A stretch of 32,000 nt of DNA from positions 3,990,234 through 4,022,233 of the forward strand of contig NC_022600.1 of the NCBI RefSeq assembly GCF_000484535.1. Reading direction: 5' to 3'. The position numbers were made by a program, and so were the translations under genes. Source of the DNA: Gloeobacter kilaueensis JS1 (lineage in GTDB: Bacteria > Cyanobacteriota > Cyanobacteriia > Gloeobacterales > Gloeobacteraceae). Position 1 is the stretch's first letter, and every line of letters begins with the position of its first letter. Shown piece after piece: positions 8,127 through 16,257 of the stretch. A model generated the notes under the pieces. It worked only from the letters and a program-made list of their open reading frames with translations. It did not search any database and was not told the origin of the DNA.

Positions 8127-9081
8127 AGAACAGTTGTCGGAGTACACTTTGCTGCTGCTCTGGAGTTTGTGGACAGAGTTAGGAGTAGCTGGGCTTCATC
8201 GATACCACACCGATTGCCTGGTTGATCCGGAAGCACTGGTCCTGCTCACTGGCTGGCTGGGCCAGTCAGATCCGAGGTTGCAGGAGGAAGTGTTTTCCGA
8301 TTGGTGCCGCCGCTACGGAAATCTCCTGTCACTACAGCGCGTTTATGGCCTGGCAAAATCTTTTGATTATTTAGATCTCAAAGACTCATTTGATTTGATT
8401 GCGCAATCGCTGGATAAGAAACCTCCCAGGCATCTAACTCAGCAGATGCACAGTGGTTCCAGCGGAAAGTCCCGGCTACCATCCTTGACTCAGCCTTCGC
8501 TACTGTTGCTGCGCCTGGCAGCTATTTTTGGGGTTGGCAACCGGACCGTAACGATTGCCGCTTTACTGGCTGAACCGAATGGTCTGAGCGCGTCGGATAT
8601 TGCTTTTATCTGCGGTTATAGCAAGCGCAATGTGGCGAATACGCTGGAAGCGCTGCACCTGGGAGGCTTGCTTCACAAACTAGAAGTCAAAAACAGGCTC
8701 CAATACCATCTGACCAAGTCCAAGCAACTGCTGAGCCTGATTGGTCCACTGCCTGAGAACATGACCGGCTGGCTCTTTGTATTCAGTTTTATAGCGCTCT
8801 GGACCCACTATTCCCAGCAGAACGACGGAGCTTCCACGCTGAGGCGGGCAGTATCTGCCGTGAAATTGATGAAGGGGATGCATTCTGTTCTTACCCTGAT
8901 CGGCTGTTCGCCGCCGATCCTGGAAGGCGAGCCAGAGAAAGATCTGGAGCAAATCGAGGTGTGGGTTCTACGGACAAATGCTGAAATTGCAAAGGGTACC
9001 TCGGTTCTACTGAAACACTCCTTTCTGTTGCCGCCCCTAACTGCGGACTTCTTTATAAGAGACATTCAACCTTCACGGTAA
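8113..9081 (+). CDS. Winged-helix (ArsR/MarR-like wHTH) domain protein of unknown function, partner of the NTase
   Basis: The 322-aa product has an ATG start lying inside the end of the upstream gene. A central wHTH-like segment is present (TVTIAALLAEPNGLSASDIAFICGYSKRNVANTLEALHLGGLLHKLEVKNRLQYHLT). The N-terminal ~130 aa and C-terminal ~110 aa are unrecognised. Confidence 0.6.
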   Translation: MSSFREQLSEYTLLLLWSLWTELGVAGLHRYHTDCLVDPEALVLLTGWLGQSDPRLQEEVFSDWCRRYGNLLSLQRVYGLAKSFDYLDLKDSFDLIAQSLDKKPPRHLTQQMHSGSSGKSRLPSLTQPSLLLLRLAAIFGVGNRTVTIAALLAEPNGLSASDIAFICGYSKRNVANTLEALHLGGLLHKLEVKNRLQYHLTKSKQLLSLIGPLPENMTGWLFVFSFIALWTHYSQQNDGASTLRRAVSAVKLMKGMHSVLTLIGCSPPILEGEPEKDLEQIEVWVLRTNAEIAKGTSVLLKHSFLLPPLTADFFIRDIQPSR

Positions 9082-9207
9082 GAGAGTGTTTGCAAGCCAG
9101 ATTCTAAGCAGACGAAGGCGATTAAACGTCAGCTCCAAGCAGCCCTATGTCCCTTGCAGCAGAAGAAAAATAAGACGAGTCTGCAACTGACTCCACCCAT
9201 CCCGCCT

Positions 9208-9320
9208 GCAGCCCAGTTACAGTGAACCCCCCCTCTTCTCCTCTGCCCGGCGGGGCAGCCCCCCATTCGGGGGGCAGGAGGAGGAGAGCGGGGGGCAGGG
9301 GGGGTGTGGAGGGGTGGGGA
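9208..9320 (+). repeat. GC-rich palindromic intergenic repeat, copy 1
   Basis: It shares the leader gcagcccagttac(a/g)gtgaacccccc with 19771-19862. It also shares polypyrimidine and polypurine arms (ctcttctcctctgccc ... gggcaggaggaggagag) able to form a long hairpin. This copy carries an extra inner hairpin (gcccccc-attc-ggggggc). It lies between convergent gene ends. Confidence 0.75.
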
Positions 9321-9464
9321 CCGTTTTAGCAAGCACCCAAAACCGCAAGCAACACGAGCGCCGAAGCGGATCAAGCTGCTCACACTTCAGCGTCTAATTA
9401 GACAAAGGAGGATGACAGGCAGCTGCTCAGAAGGCTGGCAAAAACATGATGTAAAAACACCCTC

Positions 9465-10253
9465 TCAGCCAGGTTCAAGGGTGATGTCCATCTGATAGAA
9501 CTTGAAGGTATTCTCCTCGCTCGGTTGGTCGCAGGCCACCAGACGATAGCGATCGAGCACGTCGGCTATAAAATCTGGCTTCTCGTGCTCCGGCAGACAC
9601 CATGTCCAGGCAACGAAGGTGACCTGACCGAAGGCGAAGAATGCCTCGCGGGAACCGAAATCCCAGGCTTTGTCCGCCGTGCGCAGGTGCAGGATTTTCA
9701 GGCCGTTTTGCTCGGCTCTGGCTGCATACTGCTCCGGTGTCAGGTGCAGATAAGGATCGCGGAAATCTTGAAAGGAGGTGGACCAGCGGGGCGATTGTCG
9801 CGTCTGCTCAAGCACGTCTTCGAGGCTCGGGCGCTCGCCTTTGGGGACGAGGCGGAGTTGGGCCCGGCCATGGGGACGCAGGGCAGTGTGAATGGAATGT
9901 AAAGCAGCATCCTGCTCGGGTATCCAGTGGAGGGCGTTGAAGGAGACGATGAGATCGAATTCGCTCTTGAAGGGCAGGTGGCGGGCATCGGCCACCTCAA
10001 AGCGCAGCCGGGGCCAGTCGGCGGGGGCAAAGTGTGACGAGGCGAAGCTAATCATCTGCTCGGAGCTATCGATGCCCAAGACCGCTCCTGCAGGAACGCG
10101 CTCAGCGATCTGCGCGGTAATCTTGCCGTTGCCGCAGCCGATATCGAGCACTTGCTCTGTACCGTCGAGTTTCAGCAAAGCCAGCACCTCGTCGGCCATC
10201 GCGCGCTGCAGTGCCGATATCTGGGTGTACTGGGCGGCGTTCCATTCGACCAC
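9465..10253 (-). CDS. Class I SAM-dependent methyltransferase (trans-aconitate methyltransferase/Tam-like)
   Basis: The 262-aa product has a GTG start with AAGGAG 6 nt upstream. The N-terminal W-N-x-x-x-Y segment and SAM motif I (VLDIGCGNGKIT) are followed by GIDSSEQMI and FDLIVSFNALHWIP, as in Tam-type enzymes. Confidence 0.85.
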   Translation of the reverse strand: MVEWNAAQYTQISALQRAMADEVLALLKLDGTEQVLDIGCGNGKITAQIAERVPAGAVLGIDSSEQMISFASSHFAPADWPRLRFEVADARHLPFKSEFDLIVSFNALHWIPEQDAALHSIHTALRPHGRAQLRLVPKGERPSLEDVLEQTRQSPRWSTSFQDFRDPYLHLTPEQYAARAEQNGLKILHLRTADKAWDFGSREAFFAFGQVTFVAWTWCLPEHEKPDFIADVLDRYRLVACDQPSEENTFKFYQMDITLEPG

Positions 10254-10510
10254 AGGCTGCTCCTTTGCCTCAAGAATTGCACACAGGCGGGGCGGCCCGC
10301 TATGGCAGAAGAAGGCTGTGAGGGAGTTACCGACAGCTTTTGAACGAGGCGAAGGACAACCGGCTTATAAAGTGTTCGAGGCATTGCGGGCAGAGCGTGA
10401 CACACCGCGTTGAGGTTGCGTCCTTGGATTCGGCAGCGCTCACCTGAAATAGCACAAGCCCGGTACAACGGCCTTGCACTTGCAATCGAAGCGCTGGAGC
10501 CATTCAGCCC

Positions 10511-11065
10511 TTATGGTAAAAACAGAGCACGAAAGTTATTAATAGTGGCATGATCCATCTTTTCAAAAGGCAGCACCCTGCTGGCTGGAGGCCGGTCCAG
10601 AGGCAGAATATCCATAGCCGATAAGATACCGAAATAGGCATTCATTCTCATGTGCGGCTCTTCTTCAGCGTTCATGACCGTCTCATACAGAGTTTTCGCC
10701 ATCTCGTATCTGAGGTCAGGTTCGATAACATCCGGCAGCACCTCTCCCAGGCCGACCAGTGCAATGCCGCGCACCATCATATCCGGATCGTTGATAGCAA
10801 GTTCCAGACCAGCCCGCGCGTATTCCGCGAATCTAAATCTTGTCAGAAGCGCTCCGACCGCATTCCACCGCACCATAACATCGGTTGAATCGAGCGTAGT
10901 GGCGATTACAGGCGCAGTGGAAAACGCGGCGCAATCGGTTGCTACGGTTATGGCTGTAAAGGGATCGGGGCCAGCGATGAGCAACTTTAGAAATGCTGTA
11001 GAAGCACGAGAGATCCGGCCATTTCGCTCATATTCGTCGTATATGTCCTCGAAGTTCATGTGCAT
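10511..11065 (-). CDS. HEAT/PBS-lyase-like repeat protein of unknown function
   Basis: The 184-aa product has three degenerate D-x-x-x-(V/M)R-x-x-A-x-x-x-L-type repeats (STDVMVRWNAVGALL; NDPDMMVRGIALVGLG; EEEPHMRMNAYFGILS). Its G+C is lower than that of the neighbouring pur genes. Confidence 0.6.
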   Translation of the reverse strand: MHMNFEDIYDEYERNGRISRASTAFLKLLIAGPDPFTAITVATDCAAFSTAPVIATTLDSTDVMVRWNAVGALLTRFRFAEYARAGLELAINDPDMMVRGIALVGLGEVLPDVIEPDLRYEMAKTLYETVMNAEEEPHMRMNAYFGILSAMDILPLDRPPASRVLPFEKMDHATINNFRALFLP

Positions 11066-11125
11066 CTTTGACCTGCATCAGGTAAAGCAAGCCTCCAGAA
11101 CGGTCGAACAGCCAGGTTCAATTTG

Positions 11126-12565
11126 TCAGGTTGCAACCGGCTGCTGTTCGAGCATGAGCTTGGTACGGCGGATGCGGTCGGGAATGGCGATCGGATAGTT
11201 GCCGGTAAAGCAGGCGGTGCAGAAGTTGTTGCCGCTGGTGCCGGTGGCTTCGAGCATTCCGTCGATGCTCAAGTAGGCGAGGCTATCGACGCCGATATGG
11301 CGGGCAATTTCTTCGACGCTCTTGGTGGCGGCAATCAGCTGATCTTGCGAGTCGGTGTCGATGCCGTAAAAGCAGGGATGGGTGACGGGCGGCGAGGAGA
11401 TGCGCATGTGAACTTCGGCGGCTCCACTGTCGCGCAGAGCCTGGACGATCTTGCGGCTGGTGGTGCCGCGCACGATCGAATCATCGACCATGACGACGCG
11501 CTTGCCCTCGATCACGTCGGGTAGAGGATTGAGCTTCATCTTGATGCCCGCCTCGCGCATCGATTGGGTGGGCTGGATGAAGGTGCGACCGACGTAGTGG
11601 TTTTTGATCAGCCCCTGCTGAAAAGGAATGCCCAGGCGGCGGGCAAAGCCGATGGCTGCCGGGGTGCCGGAGTCGGGAATCGGGATGACGATATCGGCTT
11701 CTACAGGTGATTCGGCGGCGAGAATTTCGCCCAGGCGCTCGCGGTAGGTATAGAGGCTCTCGGCGTTCATCCGCGAGTCGGGCCGGGCAAAGTAGATCAT
11801 CTCGAAGATGCACAGTTTGGGATCGGGGGTGGCCCAGCGGTGGGAAGTGAGGCCCGCCTCGGTGATTTCGACCAGCTCTCCCGGTTCGACGTCGCGCTCG
11901 TACCTGGCACCGATGATGCTCAGGGCACAGGTTTCGCTCGCAAGCACGTAGCGGCCATCGAGCCTGCCGATGACCAAGGGACGGACGCCGTTCGGATCGC
12001 GGGTGCCCAACAGGGCTCCGGGAACACCGATGACCAGGCTGAAAGCGCCGCTGCAGCGCTTGAGGGCGCGAATCGTGCCAGAAATCCAGTCATCGCCGTC
12101 ATCGACCGCCTCGCCGATCGCGTGGACGATCTCCTCGGAGTCGGTGGTGGCAAGCAGGGTGTGTTCGCGGGCGAGCAACTCCTCGCGCAATTGATCGGCG
12201 TTGACCAGATTGCCGTTGTGGGCGAGGACCACCGATCCCAGGCGCGTGCGGGAGACCACAGGCTGGGCGTTGACCTGGCGGCTGGAGCCGGTAGTCGAGT
12301 AGCGGGTGTGGCCGACGGCGAGCTGGCCCTGCAACTGCTCCAGCAACTTTTCGCCAAAGACCTGGGAGACCAGCCCCATCTCTTTATGGAGGGTGTGCTT
12401 TTCGCCATTGAGCACAGCGATTCCGGCAGATTCCTGGCCGCGATGCTGGAGGGCAAATAACCCGAAGTAGGTCAGCTTGGCGACATCCTCGCCGGGGGCG
12501 AGGATACCGAAGACGCCGCAAGCCTCCTCGGGTTTGTCGGCGGCGAAGGATGATGCGCTGGTCAT
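11126..12565 (-). CDS. purF: Amidophosphoribosyltransferase
   Basis: A short propeptide precedes the N-terminal nucleophile Cys ([15 protein letters not shown]|CGVFGI). Also present are the Ntn glutaminase domain, the PRTase motif [14 protein letters not shown] and C-terminal Cys ligands ([12 protein letters not shown]). The start was chosen at the internal ATG at 12565. This ATG overlaps the purL stop (ATGA). The longer ORF extending to 12991 runs inside purL. Confidence 0.95.
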   Translation of the reverse strand: MTSASSFAADKPEEACGVFGILAPGEDVAKLTYFGLFALQHRGQESAGIAVLNGEKHTLHKEMGLVSQVFGEKLLEQLQGQLAVGHTRYSTTGSSRQVNAQPVVSRTRLGSVVLAHNGNLVNADQLREELLAREHTLLATTDSEEIVHAIGEAVDDGDDWISGTIRALKRCSGAFSLVIGVPGALLGTRDPNGVRPLVIGRLDGRYVLASETCALSIIGARYERDVEPGELVEITEAGLTSHRWATPDPKLCIFEMIYFARPDSRMNAESLYTYRERLGEILAAESPVEADIVIPIPDSGTPAAIGFARRLGIPFQQGLIKNHYVGRTFIQPTQSMREAGIKMKLNPLPDVIEGKRVVMVDDSIVRGTTSRKIVQALRDSGAAEVHMRISSPPVTHPCFYGIDTDSQDQLIAATKSVEEIARHIGVDSLAYLSIDGMLEATGTSGNNFCTACFTGNYPIAIPDRIRRTKLMLEQQPVAT

Positions 12566-14907
12566 TGTGGCGGTGCCTCGGTGACAGGTGTGTAGGCCAT
12601 GCGGCGCGGGATCGCTTGCTCCCAGGTTGTCTGCAGTTGGGAGGAGGGGGTCTGGATGGCGATATTGGTGCCTTGCAGGGCAACGGCAAAGTCTGCCGCT
12701 GCGACGGTGCCCAGAAACTGCCAGTGGGAGCCCAGGGCAGCGGCGAACCATTCTTCGCAGGCGGTCCGATGGGCCGGATCGACGCTCACGACGATCGCCG
12801 CCGCCCTCTCGCCAAAAAGCACTACGTCCGGACGATGGCCCGCAGCGTCCAGGATGGTGGCCTCCAGGCCAAGATTGCCCGCAATGCAGCATTCGGCCAG
12901 CGCAACGGCGAGCCCGCCCTCCGACAGGTCGTGGGCCGACTTGAACAGACCGCGCTCGATGCCCGCCCGACAGACAGACTGGACCTGGCATTCGAGGGCG
13001 AGGGGCAACAGCGGCGGTGAACCGGCTACCAGGCCATGCGCCCGGTAGAGGTACTCGGAGCCACCCAACGTCGGTGGCCCGCCACCCAGCAGATATACCA
13101 GATCTCCTGCGGCCTTGAAGCCCTGGGAGCAGACGCGGCGAACGTCCTCGACAAGGCCCACCATGCCGATCGTGGGCGTCGGGTAAATCGCCTGCACGCT
13201 GCCGTCGCGGGTGGTCTCGTTGTAGAGCGAGACGTTGCCGCCGGTGACAGGCGTCTTGAAGGCCCGGCAGGCGTCGGCGATGCCCCGGCAGGCCATCGCG
13301 AGCTGCCAGTAATTGTCGGGCTTTTCGGGAGAACCAAAGTTGAGGTTGTCGGTGACAGCGAGCGGTTCTGCGCCCACACAGCTCAGGTTGCGCGCCGCCT
13401 CGGCGACGGCGAGCATCGCCCCCCGGTAGGGATCGAGCCAGACGTAGCGGCTGTTGCAGTCGATTGTGGCGGCGATACCCCGCTCACCGGCAGGCACAGC
13501 CGTCACCTCGCCGACGCCAAAAGTCTGGGGGCGTACCCGGATCACCGCCGCGTCGGCAGCCCCCGGTACGATCGCGGTGTTGTTCTGCACCTGATGGTCG
13601 TACTGGCGGTAGACCCAGCGCTTGGAGGCGATGTTGGGACTGTCGAGCAACTGCAGCAGCGCCGCTGTGTAATCGGCAGGCAGCGGCAGCGTGCTCCCGT
13701 CGAACGCCTGCAATTCGCGCAGCCAGAGGGGCGGCTCGGAGAGCACCTCGCGCTCGTAGAGGGGCGCGTCGTCGGTGAGGGCACCGGCAGGCAGCTCGGC
13801 CACCACCTCGCCCCGGTGGCGGATACGGACGATCGGATCGGCCACTACCTCGCCCACGACGACCGCGTGCAGCCCCCAGCGCTCAAAAAGGGCAATCAGC
13901 TCTCCTTCGCGGCCCTTGTGGGCGACAAAGAGCATCCGCTCCTGCGATTCGGAGAGCAAAAATTCGTAGGGGACCATGCCCGTCTCGCGCACGGGCACCC
14001 GGTCGAGGTCCAGGTCGATGCCGACGCCGCCCTTGGCGGCCATCTCCGAGGAGGAGCAGGTGAGGCCCGCTGCGCCCATGTCCTGGGCAGCGACCACCGC
14101 CCCGGTGCGAAAGGCTTCGAGGCACGCCTCGATAAGCGACTTTTCGGTGAACGGATCGCCCACCTGCACGGCGGGTCGGTCCTTTTGCGACTCCTCAGAA
14201 AGTTCTGCCGAGGCGAAACTGGCCCCGCCCATGCCGTCGCGCCCGGTGGTCGAGCCGACGTAGAGCACCGGGTTGCCGATCCCTGCCGCGCCGGAGCGGA
14301 CAATCTCGGGGGTTTCGAGGACGCCGATGGCCATCGCGTTGACCAGCGGATTGCCGGAGTAGGTCTCATCGAAGTAGACCTCGCCCCCCACGGTGGGAAT
14401 GCCGGTGCAGTTGCCGTAGTGGCCGATGCCCTGGACGACGCCATTAAAAAGCGCCCGGTTCCGGGCGTCTTCGAGCGGTCCAAAGCGCAGCGAATTGAGG
14501 ACAGCGATCGGGCGCGCCCCCATCGTAAAGATGTCGCGCAGAATGCCCCCGACGCCGGTGGCTGCCCCCTGGAAAGGCTCGACCGCACTCGGGTGGTTGT
14601 GGGATTCGACTTTGAAGGCCACGCGCAACCCGTCGCCCACATCGATGACGCCAGCATTTTCGCCGGGGCCGACCAGCACTCTTGGGCCAGTGGTCGGAAA
14701 ACCTTTAAGCAGGGCTCGGGAATTTTTGTAACAGCAGTGCTCCGACCACATGACGCTGAACATGCCCAACTCGTTGAGGTTGGGGTGGCGTCCGATGAGG
14801 TCGGTGATGCGCCGGTATTCTTGAGCACTCAGGCGGTGACGGGCCAGATCGGCAGGACTAAATGGCGAAGATTCGGTCGGCGCAATCATCTCGGCCAGAC
14901 AATACAC
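12562..14907 (-). CDS. purL: Phosphoribosylformylglycinamidine synthase subunit PurL
   Basis: Hallmark strings are present ([50 protein letters not shown]), along with the duplicated PurM-like AIR-synthase fold. The start is either GTG 14907 or ATG 14889. Confidence 0.95.
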   Translation of the reverse strand: MYCLAEMIAPTESSPFSPADLARHRLSAQEYRRITDLIGRHPNLNELGMFSVMWSEHCCYKNSRALLKGFPTTGPRVLVGPGENAGVIDVGDGLRVAFKVESHNHPSAVEPFQGAATGVGGILRDIFTMGARPIAVLNSLRFGPLEDARNRALFNGVVQGIGHYGNCTGIPTVGGEVYFDETYSGNPLVNAMAIGVLETPEIVRSGAAGIGNPVLYVGSTTGRDGMGGASFASAELSEESQKDRPAVQVGDPFTEKSLIEACLEAFRTGAVVAAQDMGAAGLTCSSSEMAAKGGVGIDLDLDRVPVRETGMVPYEFLLSESQERMLFVAHKGREGELIALFERWGLHAVVVGEVVADPIVRIRHRGEVVAELPAGALTDDAPLYEREVLSEPPLWLRELQAFDGSTLPLPADYTAALLQLLDSPNIASKRWVYRQYDHQVQNNTAIVPGAADAAVIRVRPQTFGVGEVTAVPAGERGIAATIDCNSRYVWLDPYRGAMLAVAEAARNLSCVGAEPLAVTDNLNFGSPEKPDNYWQLAMACRGIADACRAFKTPVTGGNVSLYNETTRDGSVQAIYPTPTIGMVGLVEDVRRVCSQGFKAAGDLVYLLGGGPPTLGGSEYLYRAHGLVAGSPPLLPLALECQVQSVCRAGIERGLFKSAHDLSEGGLAVALAECCIAGNLGLEATILDAAGHRPDVVLFGERAAAIVVSVDPAHRTACEEWFAAALGSHWQFLGTVAAADFAVALQGTNIAIQTPSSQLQTTWEQAIPRRMAYTPVTEAPPQ

Positions 14908-14934
14908 CTGCCGATTATAACCTCCACACCCCCC

Positions 14935-15783
14935 CTACTTGCCGGTCTTTTTGACCGTGTTGGCGGTGGGGGTAAAGTTCGAGTAGCGGGCCAACTGCTC
15001 CAGCGACTGCTCACCCATATAGCGCTGACCGGCGATGTCCCAGGTGGGGAAGCTCTCGATACTCGCATCGGCGCAGGCTTTGGTCAGGCCCGAGCCCGGC
15101 TGGCCGTTGGGAGAACATTCGACGTAGGGCACAAAGCGCAGCGCCTCCGGGCCGAAGAACGATTTTTGGGCCTTGCAGTGCGGGCACCAGGAAGCGCCGT
15201 AAAATTTGGCACCGCTGGCGCGCAGGTGCTTGGCCAGAGCAACGGAATAATCGACCGGCCCGGCGGCGGCACTCTGGACGTTGTAGATGCCGTAGATCGC
15301 TGCCATGCCCACCAGCACGATGCCGAGGCCACCCAGCACGAGATTGTCCGGCTTTTGCCAGCGGTGACCGACGAGTGTGAGCACAAAGATTGCCGTCATC
15401 GTCAGCGCCGAGGCGATGCAATAAAGGCAGACCGCCACGATCTCGAAGGCGAGCAGATAGACAAGGTAAGCCGTAAAAGTCACCCCGCCCAGGGAGAGGG
15501 CAAACAGTGCCCCCCAGCGCCAGCGGTCGATGCCCGGCACCAGGGCGATAAGCAGCAAAGCCAGGTAGAGCGCCAGACCAAAGCTCGACAGCGGCAGACC
15601 AAAAAGCGAAGCGTAGGGCGTCTGCAAGACCAGATCGCAGCCCGCCCCCTGGGTGCAGAAGGCTGTCTGCGCCGCCGTCAGCTTTGTCCAACTCAGATAC
15701 GCCGTCAGAGCGCTACCAAAAGCGGCGAGAGCCGCGATCGTCCAGCGCGGCCAGCTCGCTTCCTGCAGGGAGGAGACCTTCAT
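14935..15783 (-). CDS. Vitamin K epoxide reductase homolog fused to a thioredoxin-like domain
   Basis: An N-terminal multi-TM VKOR domain carries a loop Cys pair (FCTQGAGCDLV) and a membrane CXXC (VCLYCI). A C-terminal Trx-like domain carries WCPHC. The start is ATG with GAGG upstream. This architecture is characteristic of cyanobacterial VKOR-Trx fusions. Confidence 0.9.
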   Translation of the reverse strand: MKVSSLQEASWPRWTIAALAAFGSALTAYLSWTKLTAAQTAFCTQGAGCDLVLQTPYASLFGLPLSSFGLALYLALLLIALVPGIDRWRWGALFALSLGGVTFTAYLVYLLAFEIVAVCLYCIASALTMTAIFVLTLVGHRWQKPDNLVLGGLGIVLVGMAAIYGIYNVQSAAAGPVDYSVALAKHLRASGAKFYGASWCPHCKAQKSFFGPEALRFVPYVECSPNGQPGSGLTKACADASIESFPTWDIAGQRYMGEQSLEQLARYSNFTPTANTVKKTGK

Positions 15784-15940
15784 AACCTCAAAAAAGATGG
15801 CTGCACTCTTGTTGTATCACACCGACTCGACTACCCCTCAAGGAACGGCTGCCGCCGACAAAACTCCCTCTTTAGAGAGTTTTTGTAGCGAAAAATACAT
15901 TACAAAAGATTTTTTCGTATCTTTTGCTACTCTTCCAAGC

Positions 15941-15946
15941 TAGAAT
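15941..15946 (+). promoter_or_regulatory. Possible -10 element (TAGAAT) in the AT-rich divergent intergenic region
   Basis: TAGAAT lies about 50 nt upstream of the small-ORF ATG, within the only strongly AT-rich non-coding stretch here (15784-15995). There is no convincing -35 element: TTGCTA is only 11 nt away. Confidence 0.25.
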
Positions 15947-15995
15947 AAAAAAGAAGGCGAAGAGTAGTATGTCTATTCTTTTCAGGAGGCGCACC

Positions 15996-16133
15996 ATGAT
16001 CCAGACCGATGTCGAGCGCAAGGCGCGCAATCTCGTGCAGCGCCAGCGCTTGAATAACCGCAACCGGCAGGCGTCGTTGCTTGAAAGATGTGTCGATCGC
16101 GTCGTCGGTCGTCACCTCGAGACGCTTCATTAG
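15996..16133 (+). CDS. Small basic protein (45 aa), unknown function
   Basis: A perfect AGGAGG (15984-15989) lies 6 nt before the ATG. About 34 of 45 codons end in G/C, matching host GC3 bias in this frame. The ORF is followed at 22 nt by a stem-loop plus T-tract. The product is MIQTDVERKARNLVQRQRLNNRNRQASLLERCVDRVVGRHLETLH. Confidence 0.45.
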   Translation: MIQTDVERKARNLVQRQRLNNRNRQASLLERCVDRVVGRHLETLH

Positions 16134-16154
16134 TCCGGGCGAGCAAGATTAAAG

Positions 16155-16182
16155 GCGGGGTGCCCAAGCGCATCCCGCTTTT
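16155..16182 (+). terminator. Rho-independent terminator candidate
   Basis: GCGGGGTGC-ccaagc-GCATCCCGC forms a 9-bp stem that includes one G-U pair. It is followed directly by TTTT. Confidence 0.6.
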
Positions 16183-16257
16183 AGTCTGGAGACGCTCCGC
16201 GCTTTGCCGGATTCTAGACTCGAAGGTAGAACGGGCGAGCGTGCGGAGAATCGGGCG

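Noticed and set aside
9129-9383. An 84-aa Pro/Gly/Arg-rich ORF, and the analogous 67-aa ORF at 19682..19885.
   Set aside because: Both are translations of the GC-rich palindromic repeat copies. Their similarity reflects the nucleotide repeat rather than a protein family.
9412-9495. A 27-codon ORF preceded by AAAGGAGG.
   Set aside because: The SD-like motif abuts the ATG with essentially no spacer. The ORF overlaps the 3' end of the methyltransferase gene on the opposite strand, and its codon usage shows no GC3 bias.
12566-12991. A 142-codon N-terminal extension of the purF ORF.
   Set aside because: The extension lies inside the purL coding region in another frame and is Arg/Gly/Pro-rich. 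The conserved propeptide plus catalytic Cys (…EACGVFG) begins right after the internal ATG at 12565, which overlaps the purL stop.
13036-15888. A 950-aa ORF on the plus strand. Similar long ORFs are at 23069..24736 (+), 27277..28758 (-), 28801..29715 (-), 2491..3729 (-), 17517..18377 (+) and 20506..21093 (-).
   Set aside because: Each lies entirely antisense to a gene with clear family motifs (purL/VKOR, SNF2, propeller-phosphoesterase, RND pump, umuC, transketolase-family). Their translations are Arg/Gly/Ala/Pro-rich low-information sequence. This is typical of stop-codon-poor shadow frames in GC-rich DNA.
15927-16130. A 67-aa minus-strand ORF overlapping the small basic ORF.
   Set aside because: It has no SD, runs into the AT-rich promoter region, and has poor third-position G/C bias. 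The plus-strand 45-codon frame has a perfect SD and a downstream terminator.
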